From: a virus
Length of the DNA stretch: 43,789 nt
Direction: 5' to 3' (one strand)
IMG/VR virus record: IMGVR_UViG_3300037479_000281
This document shows positions 1 to 6,898 of the stretch, in pieces (position 1 is the first letter of the stretch; every line of letters begins with the position of its first letter). The notes below the pieces were generated by a model. The model had not been told where the DNA came from, did not search any database, and worked only from the letters and a program-made list of their open reading frames with translations. The translations under genes and the position numbers were made by a program.

Positions 1-127
1 CAGCGACTCCAACTCAGGGACGAGTGAGGCCTCGCCGTGGGCCACCATCGCCAAGGCGATCGGCTCCGGCGTCAGCACGCCAGTTGTCCAGGGGGACACT
101 ATCCACCTGCGCGGCGGCACCCACACT
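1..127. repeat. Terminal direct repeat, copy 1 (identical to 43663..43789)
   Basis: Bases 1..127 match 43663..43789 exactly by direct comparison. The frame stays open across the junction. Confidence 0.95.
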
Positions 128-1306
128 GTTTCGACGACCATCACGCCCGCTGCCGGCGCAACCGGCGCCTCGGGCAACCCGGTCACGATCAAGCGCTACC
201 AGAGCGAGACTCCAATCATCAACTTCTCGGGCGGCAACTTCGCCTTCCCGATCAACGGCTCTGTCCATTACTACACCTTCCAATTCGTCGAGTGGCAGGG
301 CGGCTTCATCGGCCAGATCGGCGAGAGCAATTCAGAGGTCAATGGGCTCGTCTTCGAGGATTGCTATGGGCATGACGTGACCGCTACCGGAGTCGACAAC
401 ATCTCGGCGCTTCGGCTTGATCGCTGTGTCGGATATGTCGTCCGCCGCTGCCGCTTCTACAACATTTCGAATGACGGTGGCTTCAATGCCAACGCGATCA
501 AGCTCTATTCTGGCTACAACGGGCTCGTGGAGGATTGCACATTCGAGCACTGCCGCGCGAGCGGGTTTGAGCAGAAGCAAGGTCATCCGACCAACCCCGC
601 CAATGCCGTCGAGATCCGTCGCTGCATCTTTAAGGACATGTTTGGCGGCTATGGGGTCATCCTTGCGCCGACAGGTACCCAATCGGCAATCTTCGGCGTC
701 AAGGTGCATCACTGTCTCTTCGATAGCTCGGCCTTTTGGAGCCAGCATACAGACACGAGCAACCAGGCAACGGGGCTCGAGTTCTACAACAACACGATCA
801 TCCTGCCACCGAACAACCGCGGCGTCCTGATTCGCGGCATCACCCAGATGGTGATGCATTCGAATATCTACGCTGGCACGACGGCCGGCGGCGGCAACAA
901 CAATTCGCTTGCTCTCTCGACCGACATGGGCGGCGGCGCTCAGTGGGACTGTGGATGGACGACGCTCGACCGCAACTGCTACTTCCGCATCGGCAACAAC
1001 TTCTCTACCAGCCTTGAAGGCGGCTGGGAGCGCGACCGCGATGGCGTCAACGATGCCAACTACGATACGCTCAGCGCCTGGCAGGCGGCTTCCTCGACGA
1101 GCGGCCCCGGCACGTCCTTCCCAGCCAACAAGGAAGCGAACTCGATCACGAGCGATCCCCAGCTCCAGAATCAGACCTTCGCCGTCGGCGGCTACACCCT
1201 GGCGCCGGGATCGCCGTGCCGGGGCACGGGGCTTAACGGCGTGGATATGGGCTGGACTGCTGAAGTCGCGGCGGGCTCGCCAACGCGGCAATTCGTGTTC
1301 TTCTAA
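2..1306 (+). CDS. Right-handed parallel beta-helix tailspike/tail fibre protein (3' part; 5' part is 43631..43789)
   Basis: Frame 2 is open from base 2 with no stop and is in phase with the GTG at 43631 across the repeat; the joined gene is 1338 nt. PbH1-like repeats are present (RCRFYNISNDGG, VEDCTFEHC, IRRCIFKDM, VHHCLFDSS, FYNNTIIL). Confidence 0.8.
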   Translation, partial: SDSNSGTSEASPWATIAKAIGSGVSTPVVQGDTIHLRGGTHTVSTTITPAAGATGASGNPVTIKRYQSETPIINFSGGNFAFPINGSVHYYTFQFVEWQGGFIGQIGESNSEVNGLVFEDCYGHDVTATGVDNISALRLDRCVGYVVRRCRFYNISNDGGFNANAIKLYSGYNGLVEDCTFEHCRASGFEQKQGHPTNPANAVEIRRCIFKDMFGGYGVILAPTGTQSAIFGVKVHHCLFDSSAFWSQHTDTSNQATGLEFYNNTIILPPNNRGVLIRGITQMVMHSNIYAGTTAGGGNNNSLALSTDMGGGAQWDCGWTTLDRNCYFRIGNNFSTSLEGGWERDRDGVNDANYDTLSAWQAASSTSGPGTSFPANKEANSITSDPQLQNQTFAVGGYTLAPGSPCRGTGLNGVDMGWTAEVAAGSPTRQFVFF

Positions 1307-1950
1307 TGGCCGACTACACCTCGAGCTTCCCAGACGAAGCCACCCCGGCAGACGGCGCGCTCTTTGACAGTGACCGTTTCGTTGCCGGGCCAGGCTCGTG
1401 GGCAACGGTGCTGACCACGACCGGCGCCTGTTATACCGGCGTCCCAGATACCTACTGTGCCTTTCGGCTTTCGACGAGCTCCCCGGGCGGCACAGTCGAT
1501 AACAACCAGTACGCCAAGTGCACGATTGCAGGTATTGGCGCAAGCCGCTGGTTTGGGCCGGCGGTGCGCATCCAGGGGACTGGTGCCAGCCAAGGCGCCT
1601 GCTATCACGTCGAGGTCAACGAGACGACTGACTTTAAAGTCTATCGAGTATCCGATGCCGGCTCGATCGTCCAAAATCTGCTTGCCACTATTAGCTTCAC
1701 ACCAGCCAATGGCCAAGTGGTTGAGCTGCGCGCCATTGGCCCGGTGCTTCAGCTCCTCGTTGATGGCATCCAGCGTGGCGCGAGCATAACCGACACCACC
1801 CTCACCGGCGGGCATCCCGGCGGCTGGTTCTTTGCTGGCGCGTCGACCGCGAACATGACCGATTGGACGGGCGGGGATCTTTTTCTCGATACGTTCATGT
1901 ACAACCCGGAAACCGTGTTTGAGACCGAGTACTCTTTGGCCATTGTTTGA
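1306..1950 (+). CDS. Hypothetical protein, tail-fibre module (214 aa)
   Basis: The TAATG overlap with the upstream stop indicates translational coupling. It is the long ORF in the sense orientation of the operon. Confidence 0.6.
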   Translation: MADYTSSFPDEATPADGALFDSDRFVAGPGSWATVLTTTGACYTGVPDTYCAFRLSTSSPGGTVDNNQYAKCTIAGIGASRWFGPAVRIQGTGASQGACYHVEVNETTDFKVYRVSDAGSIVQNLLATISFTPANGQVVELRAIGPVLQLLVDGIQRGASITDTTLTGGHPGGWFFAGASTANMTDWTGGDLFLDTFMYNPETVFETEYSLAIV

Positions 1951-1961
1951 AAGGAGAATCT

Positions 1962-2444
1962 ATGGGCGCTTCTTATTGCACGGTCTATGGTGGAGCCGGC
2001 GTGTCAGTCACCAACGCTGACAACACCAATATGGCCTACGTGGTCAACAAGGCCTCTGCCGATGCGTTGCTCGAGTTCTACCACCTCACTTGGGGTTGCG
2101 CGGCGGCGCCAGCCAACAACATGGGCAGCTATGAGGGTATCTACGTCACCGACGAGAATGCCGCGCCCGGCGGCACGGCGCGCACTTGCGTCCCGATCAA
2201 CAAGGCCATCAACCGGACGGCGCACGCCAATAGCGTGGAGTTGCCGACTGGCGCCCCCACAACGACCGGCGATCTGGTCCTCTGCCGGGCGCAGCAACTC
2301 CAGGTTGCGTTCATCCAGCTCGTTTTCCAGCCACGCAACCGGATCATCACCCCGGCTTCCGAGGACACCGGGCTCCTGATCCGCGCCAACGCGCCCTCAA
2401 CGGCGTTCAACGTCATTGGCGAGTTCTACCACGAGGAGACTTGA
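1962..2444 (+). CDS. Hypothetical protein (160 aa)
   Basis: An AAAGGAGAA RBS lies 3 nt upstream of the ATG at 1962. The ORF-track start at 1947 is a TTG inside the RBS. Confidence 0.6.
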   Translation: MGASYCTVYGGAGVSVTNADNTNMAYVVNKASADALLEFYHLTWGCAAAPANNMGSYEGIYVTDENAAPGGTARTCVPINKAINRTAHANSVELPTGAPTTTGDLVLCRAQQLQVAFIQLVFQPRNRIITPASEDTGLLIRANAPSTAFNVIGEFYHEET

Positions 2445-2722
2445 TGGCTGTTAGCCGAGGGGGACGTTGGCGCTACCGAGGCGTTCGCAATCCGGCTGCC
2501 TTCTATGTGACTGGGGAAGGCCAGAACATCGGCGAGACGGTGCAGTGCGTCCATTGCATGTCGCACATCCCGGCGCTGCACCGTCTCGTCGGCAAGATGG
2601 GCTTTTGCATGAACTGCTCTGGCCCTAAGTGCTCGCGCAAAGAGTGCCAGAATTGCACGGGCCACTGGCGCAAGAAGATCGAGGAGATCGGCGCCGGGAA
2701 ACGCAAACACCTGCTTGGATAG
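2444..2722 (+). CDS. Small Cys-rich (zinc-binding type) protein, 92 aa
   Basis: There is a TGATG stop/start overlap. The sequence contains CVHC...CMNC..C....C..C motifs. Confidence 0.55.
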   Translation: MAVSRGGRWRYRGVRNPAAFYVTGEGQNIGETVQCVHCMSHIPALHRLVGKMGFCMNCSGPKCSRKECQNCTGHWRKKIEEIGAGKRKHLLG

Positions 2723-2725
2723 CCA

Positions 2726-3790
2726 ATGGATGAGCTCATCATCCTGCCGATCAACCCTGGGCCGCTTGAGCTCATTGCCGAGGAGTCGCTGGTCGAGCTT
2801 CGGCAGTTCGAGCCCCCGTGGATTGATCCAGAGGACGATGAGTTTGTCGATAACGAGCTGGCATTCCCTTACGACTTCCTTTTCGAAGTCGCGCTTATCC
2901 GCGATGGGGTGCCAGAAGATCTCTCGTATTTCGAGGAGGAGGAAGACTTCCAGTATGCCGTTGCGGCCTTCCCCTATGAGCTCATTGCCGAGACAGCGCT
3001 CATCACCGATGGGTTGCCCGAGTTTTTGGCGCTTATCGAGGAGGACGAGGAGCTCCTGGCGCTGGCCGACCAGGGCCTTGCTGCCGATCTGGATTTCCTT
3101 CTCACCGACGGCGGGATCAACTGGGCGGCGCCGGAAACCGATGTCGAGCCCGTTGAGTTCGTCGATGCCCCTGATACCTACTTTGACAGCTCAACTCTCC
3201 CCGATCCAATCACCGAAGCCTGGCTCATGGGCTGGCTGGCGCCTGAGATCGAAGAGGAAGAGTCGATCGACCCGATCATTGAGCAGTTTTTCCTCGAGAT
3301 CCAGGAGACCCCGCTGGGGCCCGAGAACGCCATCCTCGATCCGCCAGCGATCGAGGAAGAGGAGCCCGGCTTCTTTGACTCGCCGCTCGTCCACTATGGA
3401 CTTCTGCCGGACGCCCCGCGCGGCTCGGCGTGGCGAATCCCCGGCATTGGCCGGTGGCGTATCCCTGGCATTGGAGGCTGGAGAATCATGGGAAGCGCAC
3501 GCGAAGACCCGATCCCCAAAGAGATGCTTGTCGGCGAGCAGCGCCGGATCCCCATGGAGTTCGCAAGCGACCTCCCTGGCCTGACGATCAGCGGCACGCC
3601 TACGGTGGCGGTGTCGGCTGGCGGCCCAACAGCCACGAGCGCCACTGCCTCAGGCACGGTGGCCGAGGCGCTTTTCGACGCGACGGGGATCAAGCCCGGG
3701 CGCTACCGGGTGCTTTTCACCTGTGCGACTACGGGCTCGCCTGCTCAGACCTTGCGCGGCCGAGGGTACATCAAGGTCGACGCGACATAA
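2726..3790 (+). CDS. Acidic repeat protein with a C-terminal Ig-like/beta-sandwich region (354 aa)
   Basis: Long sense ORF with internally duplicated FPY(D/E)..ALI.DG.PE...EE(E/D) segments and three 24-bp WRIPGIG units. It is the last gene of the plus arm before the convergent terminator. Confidence 0.65.
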   Translation: MDELIILPINPGPLELIAEESLVELRQFEPPWIDPEDDEFVDNELAFPYDFLFEVALIRDGVPEDLSYFEEEEDFQYAVAAFPYELIAETALITDGLPEFLALIEEDEELLALADQGLAADLDFLLTDGGINWAAPETDVEPVEFVDAPDTYFDSSTLPDPITEAWLMGWLAPEIEEEESIDPIIEQFFLEIQETPLGPENAILDPPAIEEEEPGFFDSPLVHYGLLPDAPRGSAWRIPGIGRWRIPGIGGWRIMGSAREDPIPKEMLVGEQRRIPMEFASDLPGLTISGTPTVAVSAGGPTATSATASGTVAEALFDATGIKPGRYRVLFTCATTGSPAQTLRGRGYIKVDAT

Positions 3791-3793
3791 AAA

Positions 3794-3822
3794 GGCCCGG
3801 CCAGGGGTTTACCAGCCGGGCC
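3794..3822. terminator. GC-rich hairpin between convergent arms (U-run only on the minus-strand side)
   Basis: GGCCCGGC (3794..3801) pairs with GCCGGGCC (3815..3822) around a 13-nt loop. An A-run lies on the plus-strand 5' side, which is a T-run after the hairpin on the minus strand. Confidence 0.6.
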
Positions 3823-3948
3823 CGGAAAGTCGTCTGAGCACATTGTCGGCCGAATCTTTTTGATCCCTCCTACGCTCACTCCTGTTGAACCGGGGCCGCT
3901 TGAACAGAGGAACAGGGCCTGTGCCCTACGCTACCAACCGAACCTGCA

Positions 3949-3999
3949 ACTACTAATCTGGTACTAACTTGTACTAAATTAGTAGTCACTTCTAGAAGT
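3949..3999. repeat. AT-rich nested repeat element
   Basis: A 9-bp inverted repeat ACTACTAAT/ATTAGTAGT (3949..3957 and 3978..3986) encloses a GTACTAA direct repeat (3961..3967 and 3971..3977). It is followed by the 12-bp palindrome ACTTCTAGAAGT (3988..3999). Confidence 0.7.
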
Positions 4000-4322
4000 C
4001 ACTCGCAGTATGTCGGCGGCGAGTCGCAGTTGAGCGAATCGCTTCCGTCGTCCTCGCCACAATCAGGAAACGGCGCCGGCGGCGCGGGGCCACCCTGGTA
4101 GACGAACGCCAGGACATAGAACCCGTCGGCCTGGCGGATGAGCCCGTTGTTGTCGGCATCGCCGGCGTCCTCGCAGGTGAGCCAGATCCCGTTGAAGACG
4201 TGATCCCAAATCGCCGTCGCGTCGGCGGTGTTGAGCTGGCCATCCTTGTTGGCATCGCCACGGACGAACTCCTCAACCGGCGGCAGCGCGAGCGTAGCCG
4301 CCAGGGCAAAAGCGTAGAGCAT
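3999..4322 (-). CDS. Secreted dockerin-like/EF-hand-type calcium-binding repeat protein (107 aa)
   Basis: An AAGGAGG RBS lies 5 nt upstream of the ATG at 4322. The N-terminus MLYAFALAATLALPP looks like a signal peptide. Two D.N.DG......D......F.G(GP) repeats are present (GDANKDGQLNTADATAIWDHVFNG and DADNNGLIRQADGFYVLAFVYQGGPAPP), followed by a Cys-containing tail. Confidence 0.7.
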   Translation of the reverse strand: MLYAFALAATLALPPVEEFVRGDANKDGQLNTADATAIWDHVFNGIWLTCEDAGDADNNGLIRQADGFYVLAFVYQGGPAPPAPFPDCGEDDGSDSLNCDSPPTYCE

Positions 4323-4462
4323 CTTCGCCTCCTTGCGAAGTGGAAAAGGCGCCGCCGGCGCGCCCGGGGCCGGGGGCCATCCATGGCCACCCTGCCGGCG
4401 GTCGGCTGGGATTCTACGCTTGCAGGGGCTTGGCGGGTATCGGGCGCCGTCCCATGGGCACG

Positions 4463-4498
4463 AAAAAACCCGGCTGGTGAGGAGTGGGGCCAGCCGGG
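4463..4498 (-). terminator. Rho-independent terminator ending the early operon, upstream of the dockerin-like gene
   Basis: On the minus strand, CCCGGCTGG pairs with CCAGCCGGG (9-bp stem, 12-nt loop) and is followed by TTTTTT. Confidence 0.65.
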
Positions 4499-4548
4499 CA
4501 AGTGAAGAGAGCAAGGCGCCCGTCGCCAAGGGTACGTGGCGGCGGATT

Positions 4549-4698
4549 CTACTCGGGTTCGATGGGTCGGCAAAGCTCGCGGCGTTCCTGGACCGTCAGC
4601 CGCTCTTGACCCTTGATCATGCCGCCTTTGCGGCGGAGGTTGCCGCAACAGCCTGGCTTCGAGCAGCGTACCGGGTGTGCCGCCACCTTGCCGATCAC
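4549..4698 (-). CDS. Small basic Cys-containing protein (49 aa)
   Basis: The GTG start overlaps the TGA stop of the upstream gene (GTGA). The terminator follows about 50 nt downstream. Confidence 0.4.
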   Translation of the reverse strand: MIGKVAAHPVRCSKPGCCGNLRRKGGMIKGQERLTVQERRELCRPIEPE

Positions 4699-4973
4699 GA
4701 CCGGGTTATCCTGAGCACTTGAACAGGCCCAGTAGTCTCGCACCCGACGCTTTCGAAGGTGCAGTTGACGACGACGAATTCCGCGTTGGAGTTTGTCGTG
4801 ATGCATGGCTCTTCAAAGTCCGGCTCTGGTGGGTAAGTGAACACCATATGCCGGCATTCTTCCATGGTCCAGATCGGTCGGCCGTGCCAATACTGGCGAG
4901 CGGGTTTCGGCTTCGAGCACAACAGCGCCGCCAGCGCGGCGCCGGCCCGGGCAAACAGCGAGCGGCGGGTCAT
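4695..4973 (-). CDS. Small exported protein with a twin-arginine-like signal (92 aa)
   Basis: The N-terminus MTRRSLFARAGAALAALL has an RR followed by a hydrophobic stretch. There is an ATGA overlap with the upstream mini-ORF. Confidence 0.55.
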   Translation of the reverse strand: MTRRSLFARAGAALAALLCSKPKPARQYWHGRPIWTMEECRHMVFTYPPEPDFEEPCITTNSNAEFVVVNCTFESVGCETTGPVQVLRITRS

Positions 4974-5038
4974 CTCGCCCTCGCGATCTGGACGAGCGCC
5001 ACGGCGAGGAAGACGAGTCCGAAGAGCGTGTCGCTCAT
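4970..5038 (-). CDS. Possible 22-aa hydrophobic peptide
   Basis: A GAGGAAG RBS precedes the ATG at 5038. The sequence MSDTLFGLVFLAVALVQIARAR is flanked by coupling overlaps on both sides. Confidence 0.25.
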   Translation of the reverse strand: MSDTLFGLVFLAVALVQIARAR

Positions 5039-5670
5039 GGCTTCCTCACCAGGTCGCAGTGCCAGGCGTGCGGCTCGCGGGTGTGCTGGGCGCCGCAGGA
5101 GCAGCGGGGCGGGGCGGCCTGTTTTGGTCGGTCGAAGATGGGGCCGCAAAAACCCGACATTCCCCAGAAGGCGCAATTCTCAATCTTGTGCTTGTATCCG
5201 ATTGGCACGTAGACAGTCGACTTGACATGGTAGACGCCCGGCGGCACTTGCTCGTCGGCGTCGATCATTGCCTGCAAGCGTGGCGAGTCATCCTCGGCTG
5301 GCGGCGCTGTGTCTGCCACCGCATTAAAGGCAGTCAACGGCTTGCCAACATCGCCCGCCGCGCCCGGCCCGTGGTTGTCGGTGGGGGACGAGGCACGCCA
5401 AGCCTTGAGTGTGTCGGTTTCCGGAGCTTGTTTTTTCTCGTTATTGCAGGCTTCACACTGCCACCCATTCGGAATGAACTCCTCATAAAAAATCCCACCG
5501 CAGGCAGGACATGGATCTTGTGGAACTCGCTTTATTCGTTTTGCCGCCTGCCGCGCGCGCTCGGCGCGGAGGAGCTTGATAGCTTCCAGTGCGCAAGGCA
5601 AGCAGATCCAGTGGTTGTCACCCTCGACCGACTCAAGAGCATTTGTGTTCTTGCAGAACTCGCACTTCAT
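5035..5670 (-). CDS. Zinc-ribbon protein (211 aa)
   Basis: The start is MKCEFCKN with an upstream GGGAGA. CxxC pairs are present (CEFC, CLPC, CPAC, CEAC). Confidence 0.6.
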   Translation of the reverse strand: MKCEFCKNTNALESVEGDNHWICLPCALEAIKLLRAERARQAAKRIKRVPQDPCPACGGIFYEEFIPNGWQCEACNNEKKQAPETDTLKAWRASSPTDNHGPGAAGDVGKPLTAFNAVADTAPPAEDDSPRLQAMIDADEQVPPGVYHVKSTVYVPIGYKHKIENCAFWGMSGFCGPIFDRPKQAAPPRCSCGAQHTREPHAWHCDLVRKP

Positions 5671-5903
5671 CGCTCGTCTCCCTTCTGCTTTTCCAGCCAC
5701 TCCCGAGCCCACTCGGCAGCTAGGGGATGCTCGCCGCACCACTCCTTCCAGTGCCTCCGGGGAAATGTTGGGCCTGTCGATCGCACATGGCATGCCCCGC
5801 TATATTCCGATTCCTTCAAAATCTTATCACCAGAGCCCAGAACATCCTGCCACACTTTCTCATGGACGAACCAGCAGCAGCTCGCGCACGTCGGGCGGTC
5901 CAT
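5667..5903 (-). CDS. Small Cys-rich protein (78 aa)
   Basis: An AGGAGG RBS lies upstream. The start sits in a GTGATG stop/start overlap, and the 3' end has an ATGA overlap. Confidence 0.55.
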   Translation of the reverse strand: MDRPTCASCCWFVHEKVWQDVLGSGDKILKESEYSGACHVRSTGPTFPRRHWKEWCGEHPLAAEWAREWLEKQKGDER

Positions 5904-6289
5904 CACGCCTCCTGGCCGCGGTAGGCCCGTAGCGCTTCATTCGCGACAAAAGAGGCCCCGGCATAACCACGACCAGCGATGCTTTCCATTGCCTCGACCA
6001 GCCCCGCCACCTTCGCGGCGTCGTGCGCGCGCTGCTCGGCGAGCAACTGCTTGGCAGCTCGCCAATGAGCTGGGCAGCGCCAGCCAGGGAGATCTTTACC
6101 GTACTTCAGCTCGTTGCCAAAGTCGCTCACAAGCTGCCAGAATCTATCCTCGTCGACCCCCGGGCCGTGATAGGCGCGCAGGCAGCGCTCGACTTCGGTC
6201 AAGCAGACGGGACATGCTGGCCAAAGGAGATTTGTTTCCCCCTTGCTCCAGTCATACAGACAATGTGGACACTTGTGCTCATCAGCCAT
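5903..6289 (-). CDS. Zinc-ribbon protein (128 aa)
   Basis: A GGAGGAGG RBS precedes the ATG at 6289. CPHC and CPVC motifs are present. Confidence 0.6.
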   Translation of the reverse strand: MADEHKCPHCLYDWSKGETNLLWPACPVCLTEVERCLRAYHGPGVDEDRFWQLVSDFGNELKYGKDLPGWRCPAHWRAAKQLLAEQRAHDAAKVAGLVEAMESIAGRGYAGASFVANEALRAYRGQEA

Positions 6290-6659
6290 CGCGCGCCTCC
6301 TCCCCCGGCGTACCGCCGGCCAGAGCTTGCTTAGCAAGCAGCTTGCAGTCATCGCACCCGAGATCACATTTACCGATCCGTTCCAGCGCCGCCCGCAGCC
6401 CAGCCGTGGACTCGGCGCAGGCCGCAAGGATGGCGTCGACTACCCATGGGGCCGGTGCGTCGCCGCAATAGAATTGACGACCGATTTCCTTGGCCCGCTC
6501 CCGCGTCATCGCCCCGCGCGGCTGCGCGGCCAGGGCCTCGCGGACGAGAGCAATTGCAGGGCCATGAGCATTCTCAGCGACGGCCTCCGGCGTTGGCTCA
6601 CCAGCAACAAACAAGTCCATCAGCTCCCAGTATCTTGATTGGAGCTCTTCGTCAGTCAT
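6282..6659 (-). CDS. Hypothetical protein (125 aa)
   Basis: Sense ORF with an 8-nt overlap with the downstream gene and an ATGA-type overlap upstream. Confidence 0.6.
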   Translation of the reverse strand: MTDEELQSRYWELMDLFVAGEPTPEAVAENAHGPAIALVREALAAQPRGAMTRERAKEIGRQFYCGDAPAPWVVDAILAACAESTAGLRAALERIGKCDLGCDDCKLLAKQALAGGTPGEEARDG

Positions 6660-6898
6660 CGTCCCTCCTCGGCCTCGCGCAGAAGCGCCCGCGCCATATT
6701 CACGGCGTCTCGTTCCTTGGTTAATTCATACAGCGTAGCTGACGGATTAGGAATGGAATCGGAGAGAGCGTCGACCAGCTCCCGCGCCACCGGCGCCCAG
6801 CGCGCGGCCTCCTCGCGGCGGGCTGCGGCGGCGCCGGCGACCACCAAATCGATTCGATTGCGGCACTTCGGGCAGCGAAGATCGATGAAGGCGCTCAC
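6656..6898 (-). CDS. Small CxxC protein (about 80 aa)
   Basis: The GTG at 6898 forms a GTGA overlap with the methyltransferase stop; an alternative ATG lies at 6910. A CPKC motif is present. Confidence 0.5.
   Translation of the reverse strand: MSAFIDLRCPKCRNRIDLVVAGAAAARREEAARWAPVARELVDALSDSIPNPSATLYELTKERDAVNMARALLREAEEGR

Noticed and set aside
1-127. Calling the 127-bp end repeat a true physical direct terminal repeat of the virion DNA.
   Set aside because: The repeat lies in the middle of a coding sequence. Its length equals a common maximum assembler k-mer, so it more likely marks a circularly closed contig. The sequence alone cannot settle this.
332-1543. A 403-aa antisense ORF, with similar long antisense ORFs at 21410..22354, 23068..23994, 27539..28366, 29070..29906, 33971..35362, 38100..39449 and 41383..42327.
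   Set aside because: These are shadow ORFs typical of high-GC DNA lying opposite well-supported structural genes. They are Arg/Ala/Gly/Pro-rich, have no RBS and have no coupling with neighbours.
3829-3998. Possible tRNA gene or attP core in the AT-rich convergent intergenic region.
   Set aside because: I could not build a cloverleaf on either strand; there is no T-loop GTTCRANYC-type box and no acceptor/CCA arrangement. No integrase or excisionase candidate exists anywhere in the genome, so an attP call is unsupported. The region is kept only as a structured element of unknown role.
3999-4529. The full 176-aa version of the dockerin-like ORF given in the ORF track.
   Set aside because: The upstream 69 codons run through the 4463..4498 terminator hairpin and have no RBS. 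The internal ATG at 4322 has a perfect AAGGAGG RBS and starts a signal peptide.
4837-6471. A 544-aa plus-strand ORF across the early arm, and a similar 368-aa ORF at 7060..8166.
   Set aside because: They are antisense to a chain of RBS-supported, translationally coupled minus-strand genes, including the motif-confirmed C5 methyltransferase. Their composition is Arg/Ser/Pro low-complexity.
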